Shown: positions 10,309 to 20,364, numbered from the stretch's first letter. The stretch is 27,995 nucleotides of DNA from an uncultured Candidatus Cloacimonadota bacterium (GCA_964441785.1 CAYYLA010000001.1:9565-37559); one strand, 5' to 3'. Translations and numbers: made by a program. Notes: generated by a model from the sequence alone, not told the origin.

Positions 10309-10427
10309 TAATAATTTTGTAATATTTTTGTCGGTATCAACAATCATGAGGTTATTATAGCTAACCTGATATAATCAAGGTAAATAACTGATATCCATTA
10401 AGCGAACAAATAATTATTTTATTATAG

Positions 10428-10443
10428 TGGAACTGAATCTGCA
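10428..10443 (+). promoter_or_regulatory. Sigma54-type promoter (-24/-12)
   Basis: TGGAACTGAATCTGCA: GG 10429-30 and GC 10441-42, canonical spacing; upstream of the 10566 gene. Confidence 0.65.
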
Positions 10444-10565
10444 ATAATATTGTTAGATTTTGATATTGCTAATCCCTATTGCAGCATGAATCTTAAGTAA
10501 AATGTCTATTATGACGAAATTAATAAATATGTGTTTTAAAGAGAGAGGAAATTAAAGGAGGATTT

Positions 10566-13364
10566 ATGAAGTTGAGAATGTTTTTGTTACTTCTCATTTT
10601 ATCTTTTTCAATCGCAATCTGGGGTAATCTGATGGTGATGGAAGAAGATTTTGAGGATGGTATTCCTGAGGGTTGGACACAGGAATATGTAAGTGGAACC
10701 GTCGATTGGATAACAAGTTATGGAGGTCATCAGGCAAATCCTGAAGCACCTCATTCAGGAAATAACAACCTGTTTTTCTTTAATGAAGACACAACACCCA
10801 ATACCACACGAATACTAACACCTGCATTTGATTTAAATCCAGAATCAATCACCGTGATGAGTTTCTGGTATACCGCAGATGCCTGGGTTGGATATCAGGA
10901 TGAATTGAGGGTTTATTATCGAATTGGTGATGGTGAATGGCAAGTTCTGGGCGAATATCTGGATGATGTATCTGATTGGACACAGGTCTCTTACACTCTT
11001 CCGGAAGCAGGTGATGATATGCAGTTCTGTTTTGAAGGAACTGCGGTTTGGGGTTATGGATTATGCCTTGATGATGTTGTTGTAATGGATGATGTTCTAA
11101 GAATTTTTGTGTGGAATAATGATAATTACTCGCACTACACCGACCTTGATAATGGTGGTGAGCAGAATTGTGAAGTTGGGATAACAAATCAATTGGATGC
11201 GTTAGGATTAGATTACACCCTGGGAACAAGTTTACCATCGGATCTAAGCAATAATTTTGATATAGTATTTGTAGAGCTTGGTCTCTACTGTGTAGGTTGA
11301 GGTACTACCCCTCCAGGCTCCGTTGGAGCTTCTCAACAGGATGAATTAATTGCGTTTATGGATAATGGTGGTGCTGTTTACATGGAAGGTGCTAATGTTG
11401 CATCGGATGTTGATGGAACAGATTTTATTGAATATTTTGGTGCTGTAGCTACAAGTGCAGGTGCTGGAGCTGGTGTTATGGATGTTTTAGGGATGGATGG
11501 TACGTTTGCTGCTAATACAGCATTTGATTATCCCTATGGTACAGATACCGATTACAATCTTGATGAATTAGCAGCTGATACTGGAACGGAATTCCTCACA
11601 TGCCAGAATGAAACTCCTAGAGCTGTTTATTACAACAGTGGATCTCATCGTGCCATAATTTCATCTGTTGTTATTGGTGGCTTTAAAGATGGTGAAGGAT
11701 CAAATACAAAAGCTTCACTCATGACTCGTTATATTAACTATCTTACTGGTATTGAGGCTGCTGATATTAATATAGCTAATGAAGAAATTGATTTTGGTGT
11801 ACAATATGTGAATTATGCTTTTGATTTTGAGTTGGCTATTCAGAATTTTGGCTTGGCTGATTTGGAGATAACCTCTGTTGAGGTTGTTGGTAACGGTTTC
11901 TCAAGTACAGTAACAGGACCTTTCACACTGGAAATTGGTGAAGAATTCTTGATCCCGGTAACCTTCGAGCAATCAGCATCAGGCAATTATACTGGAACAT
12001 TAACAATTGTATCTAATGATCCTGATGAAAGTGAACTGGTTATCCCTCTCTATGCAGAATGTTTGATGCCTCCTGTATGCCAGTTACCAGGTGATACAAT
12101 TGAAGGTTATGCTCAAGAAGGTGAATCTTCTATGATGGCTTATACAATTACCAATGCCGGTGATAGTGATCTTACCTTTATGCTCAATATTGACGAAGTC
12201 GAAGAAGTTGCTCAAGTATTTACTCCTGTTTATGAAAATGTTCAACTGGGCAAGGATGAAATTGATTGGAGAGAAGGTTATATTAACACTCGTGGCTCAG
12301 GTGGACCAGATAATTTCGGGTATAAATGGAAGGATAGTAATGAAGATTGTGGTCCGGTCTATGAATGGTTTGATATATCCGATATAGGCGAAAACAGTAA
12401 CCTTACGGGAGATGACTCATCTGTTTCATTGGACTTACCATTTGAATTTGATTTCTATGGTGAACCAAAAACTTCAGTTCTGGTTTCTGATAATGGCTAT
12501 CTTACCTTTGGAGGTTCTGCAGCAGTATGGATGAATACTGAGTTGTTAGATCCAAATCCTCCAAATGACATAATATGTCCTTTCTGGGATGACTTAAATC
12601 CACAAAATGGAGGTGTTAATTATAACTATTATGATCAGGATAATGGTCGATTTATTATCCAATATGATGAATGGGCTTACTATTCTGGTGGAAGTCCTCA
12701 AACCTTCCAGGTACAACTCTATATGAACGGCAAAATCAGATTCCTCTACGAATCAATGGATGGTGGAGGAACCCCAACTATCGGTATTGAAAACTCTGTC
12801 GGTGATGATGGATTACAGATTACGTTCAATGAACCTTATGTCGAAAATGGTATGGTAATTGAGTTCTCTTGTGGCCCTGATTGGATAGATACCGATATTT
12901 CCAGTGGAACTATTGCTGCTGGTGAAAGTCAAGATATTATGTTTACATTTGATGCAATCAATTTCCACGATGGAGATTATGAGGCTGTTGCTTATCTTTC
13001 AACAAACGATCCTGCTAATCCGGAATATGTGTTACCCATTATTCTACATGTGGGAAATGTTGATGCAGATGATGATTTTATACCGACCAGAACAGCATTG
13101 TTTGATAATTATCCAAACCCATTTAACCCAGAAACAAAAATCAGTTATTCCCTCAAGAACGAGTGTGATGTAGATCTGATCGTCTATAACGTTAGAGGTC
13201 AGAAAATTAAAACACTACACCAGGGCAACCAGACTGCAGGTGCCTATGAACTGATCTGGAACGGAATGGATGATAATGATAGACCTGTTTCTTCGGGTAT
13301 CTATTACTACAGGTTGGATACTAACGATTATAGTAGTACAAAGAAGATGTTGTTATTGAAATAA
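10566..13364 (+). CDS. Secreted multidomain selenoprotein A (932 aa with Sec245 at TGA 11298-11300): signal peptide, MAM/adhesin-like domain, CxxU alpha/beta domain, choice-of-anchor-D-like Ig domains, NIDO-like domain, FlgD-Ig sorting domain
   Basis: ORFs 10566-11300 and 11358-13364 are in frame with 19 sense codons between them: ELGLYCVG-TGA-GTTPPGSVGASQQDELIAFMDNGG. Signal peptide only on the first part, sorting domain only on the second. SECIS-like hairpin follows; two paralogs have TGA at the same position. Confidence 0.9.
11315..11331 (+). other. Putative bacterial SECIS element for TGA 11298
   Basis: A-GGCTC-[CGTTG]-GAGCT-T; the 5-bp core stem starts at +16 and the loop G is at +22 from the TGA. 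Confidence 0.8.
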
Positions 13365-13446
13365 TAACACTCTATAAAGGATCTTTATTTCTAAGCTCCT
13401 GTATGGTTATCTCTCTTCATCCTAAAGATTGATAATCAACTCCGTA

Positions 13447-13480
13447 AACAACAGCAGCCTTCGGGTTGCTGTTGTTGTTT
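13447..13480 (+). terminator. Intrinsic terminator-like hairpin
   Basis: AACAACAGCAGCC-TTCG-GGTTGCTGTTGTT, a 13-bp stem with a UUCG loop and T-rich 3' side, about 80 nt after the selenoprotein A stop. Confidence 0.75.
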
Positions 13481-13757
13481 ATTGATCATTATAATCATAG
13501 CTAAATGACCTCAAACAATTTCTCCATCTCATTTTTTTTCTGTAACCTGAGATAGGTCGTCCCTAATCAGGTTGAAAAATAAATTATATGGATTTCTAAC
13601 TTTAATCTGATAAGCACCTTAGCGAATAGTTCAATTATGATCGCTTAATTTCTGGTTTAAAATTGCACTTAATTGTTGCCTGATTATGATTCCTGGTATC
13701 ATGATATTTAAAGTGTTTACAATGTATATGTTTTCTTCTAAAGTCTCTTGTTTAAAG

Positions 13758-13774
13758 TGATCAAAAAATGGGCA
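13758..13774 (+). promoter_or_regulatory. Candidate enhancer (UAS) motif TGATCAAAAAATGGGCA
   Basis: 149 nt before the -24 GG at 13907; near-copy of 8011-8027. Confidence 0.45.
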
Positions 13775-13905
13775 ATTTGTCAGTTTAGGACTAATTAGTT
13801 AATATTGAGTGGTAGTGTTAGAAAATAGCTTGATGTTCGTAAGTAGCTATATGGCTATACTATAAGGTGTGTTGTTACCTGCGGTGTGAAAATAATTATG
13901 TTATT

Positions 13906-13921
13906 TGGCACGAAAGTTGTT
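13906..13921 (+). promoter_or_regulatory. Sigma54-type promoter (-24/-12)
   Basis: TGGCACGAAAGTTGTT: perfect TGGCACG -24 box, with TTGT (variant of TTGC) at the correct spacing; upstream of the 13965 gene. Confidence 0.7.
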
Positions 13922-13964
13922 TAATATTTATTAAATAAAATGTGTTAATAATAAGGAGGAGTCA

Positions 13965-16250
13965 ATGATTCCCGGAAAAAAGATAATTTTAATCATAACG
14001 ATTTTGATTGCGATGGCTGGTTTAAGTGCACAAACAGTCCTTGTATGGAATAATGAGATCGCTTCATTTCATTTTACCGATCCCGAAACCGAAAATCAGG
14101 TTGGTGGAGAATATGGTATTACACAAGCGTTAGAAGTAAACAATGTTAACTATCAGATGGAGGACACATTACCTCAGGATTTATCAGGGTTTGATGCGAT
14201 TATCGTACTCTGTGGATCCTGGTGCGTTTCCTGAGGGTGGACAGCGCCAGGCACCGTGAGTGCTGCTGATCAAAACCTCTTGGTAGATTTTATTAATTCT
14301 GGAAAAGGTGTTTATTGGGAAGGTACAAATATTGCCTCTGATCATGAATCCACAACCCTGTGGAATATGTTTGGAGCATCCAATGTAGGTACAGGCCCCG
14401 ATAACGGTGATGTTGTAAACTTAATTGGTAATGCTAACACCTTTGCCGATGGCTTAACATTTGGATATTCACCCTATGGTGAGTATTCCAATGCCAGGGT
14501 GAATCGGCTCAATGTAACAGATGGTACTGCTTTATTGGATTCTGATAACAGTTTCACCAGGGTAGTTTATAACGATACCGGAGCGGGTAGGGTTATTGCT
14601 TCAACTATCATTTTTGGCGGAATTTATAACGAAGATGTTGTAAGTACAAGAAGTAATCTTATGGCATCCTATCTTTCCTATCTTCTTAATATTGATATTC
14701 CAGTTGCCTGGACTTCTGAGGAGATGATTGATTTTGAAACACTATTGCCTGGTACTGAGACAATGCAAACACTTTATCTGAGAAACCTTGGTATGGAGAT
14801 GCTTGAATTGTCTGATATTCAGCTTAGTGGTTCAAATTTTGTCTATCAGGGTGAAGAGAGTTACAGTTTAGATTTTGGACACTATGTTGAGTTACCGGTT
14901 ATTTTTCCCTGTGATGTAGAGGGAGAATTTTCCGAAATACTTTCCATTAACACAAATGATCCTGATAATCCGTTGATAAATGTTTCGGTTACTGGTAGTT
15001 GTTATAGTGCTCCTCAGATCTCTGTTGATGCCAGTGATTTCAACGTGTCAGTTGGGATGGGCAATAGTATGGAGACATCTCTAACCATATCAAATACAGG
15101 TGGTGGTTATCTCGATTATTATATAGAAACCCTCAATGTTACACGGGGAAGCGGTGGTCCCGATAACTTTGGATATACCTGGATCGATAGTAATGATCCT
15201 GAAGGCCCGGTTTATGAATGGTTTGATATCTCAACCATTGGCATTGATGGCGAATTATCTGGTGTTGATGATTATATTACAGTAGAACTACCAATACCAT
15301 TTCCTTTCTATGGAGAAATGCGTAGTGAGATCAAGATATCAACAAACGGATATCTGACCTTTGGCAATGATCCGGTAGATCACTCTAATGATCCTATCCC
15401 ATTTGCCATGGACCCTAACGATTATATTGCTGCTATCTGGGATGATCTTCGTACAGGCGGTGAAAGTATGCTCTACACCTATTTTGATGAAGATAGCAAC
15501 CGCTTTGTTATCCAATATCAGGATTGGAAATTCTACACTGGTGGCGGTACTGGTGACCTTGATTTCCAGATACAACTTTATCCAAATGGAGATATTTTCT
15601 ATTACTACGATAATCTGGAAGGTAGCCTTACCAGCGCTACTGTTGGTATCGAAAATCAAGATGCCAGCGATGGACTCCAGATTGTTTATAATAATGAGTA
15701 TCTGGAAAATCAGTTGGCTGTTAAAATCTCACCCAATCCAACCTGGATGGAACTCGATAATTATTCCGGATCTGTATTTCAGGATGAACCCGTCACTATC
15801 GGTATAAATGTTGATGCATCCAACCTGAATGAGGGTGTTTATAATGCCTTAATTAAAATTCATAATTCCGATGAAGATAATGATTTGATCGAGATACCAG
15901 TAGAATTAACAGTAACTGCTACAGCTTCTGAGGATGAAATTATCCCCCATATACCTGCATTAAATCAAAATTATCCCAACCCTTTCAACCTCACAGCTGC
16001 CGGTCGTGGACCAGTTACAACGATTGATTTCTTTATCCCTGATGATGGGATCTCTGCTGATATCGTGGTTTATAATATGAAGGGGCAGGCGATAGTGACA
16101 TTGGCTCGTAATCAGTATGAAAGAGGTTACTATAGTGTTCACTGGGATGGTAAAGATAGCACTGGAAATGAAGTCAGCGCTGGAATATATTTCTATAAAT
16201 TAACAACAGACAGACATAGCCAGACTAAGAAAATGATTCTAATGAAGTAA
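13965..16250 (+). CDS. Secreted multidomain selenoprotein B (761 aa with Sec90 at TGA 14232-14234): signal peptide, CxxU alpha/beta domain, Ig-like domains, NIDO-like domain, FlgD-Ig sorting domain
   Basis: ORFs 13965-14234 and 14256-16250 are in frame with 7 sense codons between them: VLCGSWCVS-TGA-GWTAPGTVSAADQNLLVDFINSGKG. AGGAG RBS before 13965 and none before 14256; SECIS-like hairpin; paralog of A (shared TRGSGGPDNFGYxWxDSN...GPVYEWFDIS). Confidence 0.9.
14250..14264 (+). other. Putative bacterial SECIS element for TGA 14232
   Basis: GGCAC-[CGTGA]-GTGCT; stem at +16, loop G at +22; compensatory A-T pair where A and C have T-A. Confidence 0.8.
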
Positions 16251-16292
16251 ATAAGGTTCCTTATGAAAATGGTTTGGAAGCAGGGAGTAGAA

Positions 16293-16607
16293 ATGAATCT
16301 GATAGAAGATCTTGCTCAGATAGGATTAACGCTTAATGAATCCAAGGTTTATCTGTCTCTACTGAAAGGTGAACAGTTTTCGGCTGCTCAGTTGGCTAAA
16401 GAGTCAAAGATAAATAGAACAAAAATCTACTGTGTTCTTGGGAATTTGATGAAGCGGGGATTTTGTGAAGAAGTACCAGGAAGGGTAAGGATGTTTCGTG
16501 CGATGGATCCAAAAATCGCAATGAATAAATTAATAAGTTTACATGAAAATAATCTGAAAACAGCGGTTCGGGTAACCGAGATTTTAGCGAGAAGTTTTCA
16601 GACTTAA
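16293..16607 (+). CDS. TrmB-family winged-helix regulator, DNA-binding domain only
   Basis: LAQIGLTLNESKVYLSLL...AAQLAKESKINRTKIYCVLGNLMKRGF...FRAMDP; GGGAG RBS favours ATG 16293 over 16263. Confidence 0.8.
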   Translation: MNLIEDLAQIGLTLNESKVYLSLLKGEQFSAAQLAKESKINRTKIYCVLGNLMKRGFCEEVPGRVRMFRAMDPKIAMNKLISLHENNLKTAVRVTEILARSFQT

Positions 16608-16621
16608 GGAAAGGAGCAGAA

Positions 16622-17074
16622 GTGAAACGAACAATTAATCTATTAGTGTTGGTAGTAATGCTGGTAATTTCTCAACTTTTACTGGCAGATGGGATGGAAC
16701 CGGAAGCGTTAAAGAAAGATGAGGTAAAAATTGTAACGTTATCTGTTGAAAATGGCATATTGCAGGCTCATTACATGATCCCTGAAGATATGCATCAGAC
16801 ATTACAGGAAGACTACTTTTATCTTGATGTTGAACATGGTGATGGTGTAGTTTTTGAAGAAACTGTCTATCCCGAAGGTCATGTAGATGAAGATGGATAC
16901 ATAAATTTTGAAAAGGAAGTTACCTTAACTAAGTCCTTTAAATTATTAGATAATGCTAAACCGGAAGATGTTAAAATTACTGTGTATGCTGGCTATCAAT
17001 ACTGTTACGAAACATATTGTGAACCTCCTGTTGAGGTTGAATTTGAGATAAATCTTACTGAGGGCAAAAAATAG
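16622..17074 (+). CDS. Exported protein resembling the DsbD N-terminal Ig-like domain
   Basis: Signal peptide; beta-rich body with IPEDMHQ; terminal YQYCYETYCEPP cysteine pair positioned like the nDsbD QGC...CYPP motif. Confidence 0.65.
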   Translation: MKRTINLLVLVVMLVISQLLLADGMEPEALKKDEVKIVTLSVENGILQAHYMIPEDMHQTLQEDYFYLDVEHGDGVVFEETVYPEGHVDEDGYINFEKEVTLTKSFKLLDNAKPEDVKITVYAGYQYCYETYCEPPVEVEFEINLTEGKK

Positions 17075-17083
17075 GGGATAACT

Positions 17084-17236
17084 ATGAAGCTTAAGAAATT
17101 TCTCACATTTTGGATGCCATTGATCATCATCGTACTGGCAATCAATTTTATTCTTATGGGTATTGGAGTGGAAGAGTTTCCCGAAATGGCAAGCAAGGCA
17201 ATTAATCTTTGCCTGGGCTGAATCGGGTTAGGGTAG
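17084..17236 (+). CDS. Small membrane selenoprotein (50 aa with Sec46 at TGA 17219-17221), CD1871A-like CxxC family with CxxU; absent from the ORF track
   Basis: MKLKKFLTFWMPLIIIVLAINFILMGIGVEEFPEMASKAINLCLG-TGA-IGLG-TAG. GGGGA RBS before 17084. The C-terminus matches the family pattern KAxxxCxxCIGxG and the gene sits directly before a 4Fe-4S binding protein; hairpin downstream of the TGA. Confidence 0.85.
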
Positions 17237-17247
17237 GTGGAACCTAT
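17233..17247 (+). other. Putative SECIS element for TGA 17219, overlapping the TAG stop and the next start region
   Basis: GTAGGT-[GGA]-ACCTAT, 6 bp including one G-T pair; first loop G at +18. Confidence 0.6.
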
Positions 17248-18115
17248 GAAGAAAAAAATCAACCTTTTCAGTAGAAACAAGATCAGACTGTTTGTCCTGT
17301 TTCTGGCACTTTTTGTTATCAATGGTCATTTCTATGTAAAATATTACGAAGGAGTGATGGAGATTCTTAAGCATATTCCATTGCCTGTGTTAAATTGTTA
17401 CTCTTCTCCGTCAACTGTCTGGGCTTGTCCTATTGGTTTGTTGCAACACTTCATTGTTATTGGATCTTTTTCCTTTGCAACTCTGGGCATTTTACTGTTG
17501 ATTGGAGCCTTTATCGGGCGATGGGCTTGTGGGTGGCTCTGTCCTTTTGGTTTTCTGCAGGAAGCATTATATCATATTCCAACCAGAAAATTTAAATTAC
17601 CTATGTGGACGAAATATATCAAATACGTTATCTTTGTGGCAGGTGTGATAATCTTACCGATGTTTTTAAAGAATGAGATAGGTATGACGGAGACCTGGTT
17701 CTGCAATTTCTGTCCGGCCGGTTGTCTCGAAGCGGGTATCCCTGTTCCTATTATGGATCCCAGTCTGAGATATCTCATCGGGACAATGTATTGGATAAAA
17801 ATTGCAATATTGATTTTGGTTGTGATTATCCCAAGTATTTTTATAAAACGACCTTTCTGCTCGATTATCTGCCCGCTTGGAACTTTGATGGGGGTCTGTA
17901 ATTCATTCAGTTTCTTGAAGCTTCGTTTTGACAGGAGTAAGTGTGTCGATTGCGGATTATGTTCTACCGATTGCCCCATGGGTTTAAATCCAACTACAGA
18001 TTATGGCTCTCCTGAATGCATCCTTTGCATGAACTGTACTAAAGAGTTTTGCAGTGCCATAAAACCAGAATTTAATAATAAATTTGTTGAAAGAAAAAAA
18101 GAGATAAAGGAGTAA
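17246..18115 (+). CDS. NapH/MauN/RdxA-like polytopic membrane 4Fe-4S binding protein
   Basis: Hydrophobic helices; WACPIG, RWACGWLCPFG, FCNFCPAG, PFCSIICPLG; ferredoxin motifs CVDCGLCSTDCP and CILCMNCTKEFC. Start is ATG 17246 or GTG 17237. Confidence 0.88.
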   Translation: MKKKINLFSRNKIRLFVLFLALFVINGHFYVKYYEGVMEILKHIPLPVLNCYSSPSTVWACPIGLLQHFIVIGSFSFATLGILLLIGAFIGRWACGWLCPFGFLQEALYHIPTRKFKLPMWTKYIKYVIFVAGVIILPMFLKNEIGMTETWFCNFCPAGCLEAGIPVPIMDPSLRYLIGTMYWIKIAILILVVIIPSIFIKRPFCSIICPLGTLMGVCNSFSFLKLRFDRSKCVDCGLCSTDCPMGLNPTTDYGSPECILCMNCTKEFCSAIKPEFNNKFVERKKEIKE

Positions 18116-18658
18116 ATGATGAGAAAACTACTGATGTTAATGTCGATAATGATTCTGATGACAGGGTTGCTCTCTGCAAGTGAATCGGAAATGAAGGTGA
18201 TACCTGATTTTTCTCTTAATGATATTGATGGTAATGAGGTAAACCTCTATACTATTTTAGATGAAGGTAAATATGTTGTGATAGATTTTTGGGCTACCTG
18301 GTGTGTGCCCTGCTGTAAAGCCCTACCTCATTTAAATACATTCCACGAAAAATATGATGATGTTGTTGTTATCGCTATATCCGAAGATAGCAAACGCATG
18401 GCGAAAAAAGCATCAGCTTATATCAAGGGATTGGATTACTCTTTTATTACCTTACTGGATCCAAAGGGTGAAGTTAAGAAACTTCTTGATGTTGATGTAC
18501 TTCCTGAAACATTTTATGTAAGACCTGATAAATCAGTAGCCTGGAGACATTTTGGATACAAGAAGGGCGAAGAGATAAGTATGGAAGAAGAATTGGTTAA
18601 AATGCTTGAAGAAAATAAAATTCCTGCTCAAAGTTCCGAAGCAGATGTTCAAAAATAG
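18116..18658 (+). CDS. Exported TlpA-family thiol-disulfide oxidoreductase
   Basis: Signal peptide; PDFSLNDIDG, VIDFWATWCVPCCKALP, VLPETFYV (cis-Pro loop). Confidence 0.92.
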   Translation: MMRKLLMLMSIMILMTGLLSASESEMKVIPDFSLNDIDGNEVNLYTILDEGKYVVIDFWATWCVPCCKALPHLNTFHEKYDDVVVIAISEDSKRMAKKASAYIKGLDYSFITLLDPKGEVKKLLDVDVLPETFYVRPDKSVAWRHFGYKKGEEISMEEELVKMLEENKIPAQSSEADVQK

Positions 18659-18669
18659 TGGAGTTGGAA

Positions 18670-19761
18670 ATGAAGAAAATTTTTATGTTAATACCTGTCA
18701 TTATTATGCTGATGGTTGGATGCGAATTACTGGATCATGATCCTTTTAACGATCAGAAAATTGAGGAAATGTTTGATGAATTCTCGGCTGCATTCTCTAC
18801 GATTTCTGCTGATGATGTGTCTGATGTAATGGTATTCTATGATCAGGATTACTTTCATGATTTACAGGATGTTTACGGTAGAGAAGAATTTTATCTCTCT
18901 CTGTTTCAAAGCTATGGTGAAGATATTACCTTTGAATGCTATCTGACAGATTATAAAGAGAACCTGGAAATTGAGTGGGTTCTTGGTGTAAACTATGAGG
19001 TAGACGGTATTCAAATGGTAGAAAACTTTGAATTTGTTGAGTATCTAAAAGATAACAACGGTGAGTACTATTTCTATGGAAATCAGGTAAATCCTCCAGC
19101 TTTGGATCCAGATAAACCAATCGTTTTTGTTGAATATGGTACAGCAGAAAATTGTGGTAATTGTCCTCCAGCATCATCCGAATTGCATCACATGCAATTG
19201 GAACATGGTGCTCAGTTTATTTATGTAACCTATTGCGCTGGTGAACCAATGAGTACCTATATCGATTTTGCCACTTATTATAACGAAACAGCTCAACCTG
19301 TTACAATTTTCGGCGGTCAATATAAGATTGTTGGTGCTTCAGAAGACGATTTAGCAGAGTTTGATCAACGCTATAATCAAGTATTATCAGGGACACCTGA
19401 AGCATTCCTGTCCAATATTACCTGGAGTGATGATGGAGAGATGATTGATGGTACTGTTGATGTCGATTTGCAGGGTGTATCTACGGCTAATCTTGTTTTG
19501 ATGGCTGCACTTGTTGATGAACGACCCGAACTATATTACGATAATGGTGGCAACAGAATCTACAATGTGCTTTTTGCTGTTGGTGAGGAACAGGTAGGTG
19601 GCTCAGGAACTGCAGAATTCAGAATTGAATATGATCTGCCAAGCTATTCTGATACAATGCCTGCTACAACAAAATTAATTGTCTGGCTGCAAACTAAGGA
19701 TGCCAATTATAATCCTGATACCTGTAAAATCCATACAGCAGCTGAAATAGATCTATTTTAA
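18670..19761 (+). CDS. Lipoprotein with an N-terminal NTF2/SnoaL-like segment and an Omp28-like thioredoxin domain (CGNC)
   Basis: Lipobox LMVGC; VFVEYGTAENCGNCPP; QPVTIFGG; C-terminal Ig-like region ending LIVWLQ. GGAG RBS favours ATG 18670. Confidence 0.72.
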   Translation: MKKIFMLIPVIIMLMVGCELLDHDPFNDQKIEEMFDEFSAAFSTISADDVSDVMVFYDQDYFHDLQDVYGREEFYLSLFQSYGEDITFECYLTDYKENLEIEWVLGVNYEVDGIQMVENFEFVEYLKDNNGEYYFYGNQVNPPALDPDKPIVFVEYGTAENCGNCPPASSELHHMQLEHGAQFIYVTYCAGEPMSTYIDFATYYNETAQPVTIFGGQYKIVGASEDDLAEFDQRYNQVLSGTPEAFLSNITWSDDGEMIDGTVDVDLQGVSTANLVLMAALVDERPELYYDNGGNRIYNVLFAVGEEQVGGSGTAEFRIEYDLPSYSDTMPATTKLIVWLQTKDANYNPDTCKIHTAAEIDLF

Positions 19762-19770
19762 GGAGTAACG

Positions 19771-20364
19771 ATGAAGAAGTTAGTAATAATTTTAACCCTT
19801 ACAATAATTTCAATAATGTTGAGTGCGGTTGAATTGGGTACTGCTCCCGATTTTCAATTGGAAAATGAACGTGGTGATCAGGTTAAGCTATCTGATTTCA
19901 ATGATAAACTTGTACTATTAGATTTCTGGGCTACCTGGTGCGTTCCCTGCTGTAAAGAATTGCCCCATTTATCCAAACTGCAGGAAAAATATGGTGATGA
20001 TATTCAAGTGCTTGCAATAACAATAGATAAGGCTAGACAGGTTTCCAAGGCTAAAGCTTACGTTAAATCAAATCGTTTCAAATTCATGACGCTTTTCGAT
20101 CCAAAGCAAGAGGTTGCTGCTCTCTACAACATGGTAAATCCTCCTCGTACTCTTCTTATCGATCCCTCTGGTAAAATAATCTTCCAACATGATGGTTATA
20201 AACGCGGAGATGAAGTGCATATTGAAGAAGAAATTGTAAAATGGATTGAAGCAAAATCTATCAAAACTCCTGTTGAAAATGCTGTTGGTGATGGTGATAT
20301 AAAACAACCGGAAACTCCAAAATTTGAGATGAAAAAAATGGAACAAACAAAGGGTGAGAAATAA
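19771..20364 (+). CDS. Second exported TlpA-family thiol-disulfide oxidoreductase
   Basis: Signal peptide; APDFQLENERG, LLDFWATWCVPCCKELP, NPPRTLLID. Confidence 0.92.
   Translation: MKKLVIILTLTIISIMLSAVELGTAPDFQLENERGDQVKLSDFNDKLVLLDFWATWCVPCCKELPHLSKLQEKYGDDIQVLAITIDKARQVSKAKAYVKSNRFKFMTLFDPKQEVAALYNMVNPPRTLLIDPSGKIIFQHDGYKRGDEVHIEEEIVKWIEAKSIKTPVENAVGDGDIKQPETPKFEMKKMEQTKGEK

Noticed and set aside
17234-17236. Pyrrolysine or readthrough at the TAG joining the microprotein to the 4Fe-4S gene (in frame with GTG 17237)
   Set aside because: The microprotein motif ends naturally at IGLG, no pyl genes are visible, and the downstream gene has its own ATG; a fusion cannot be fully excluded but has no support.
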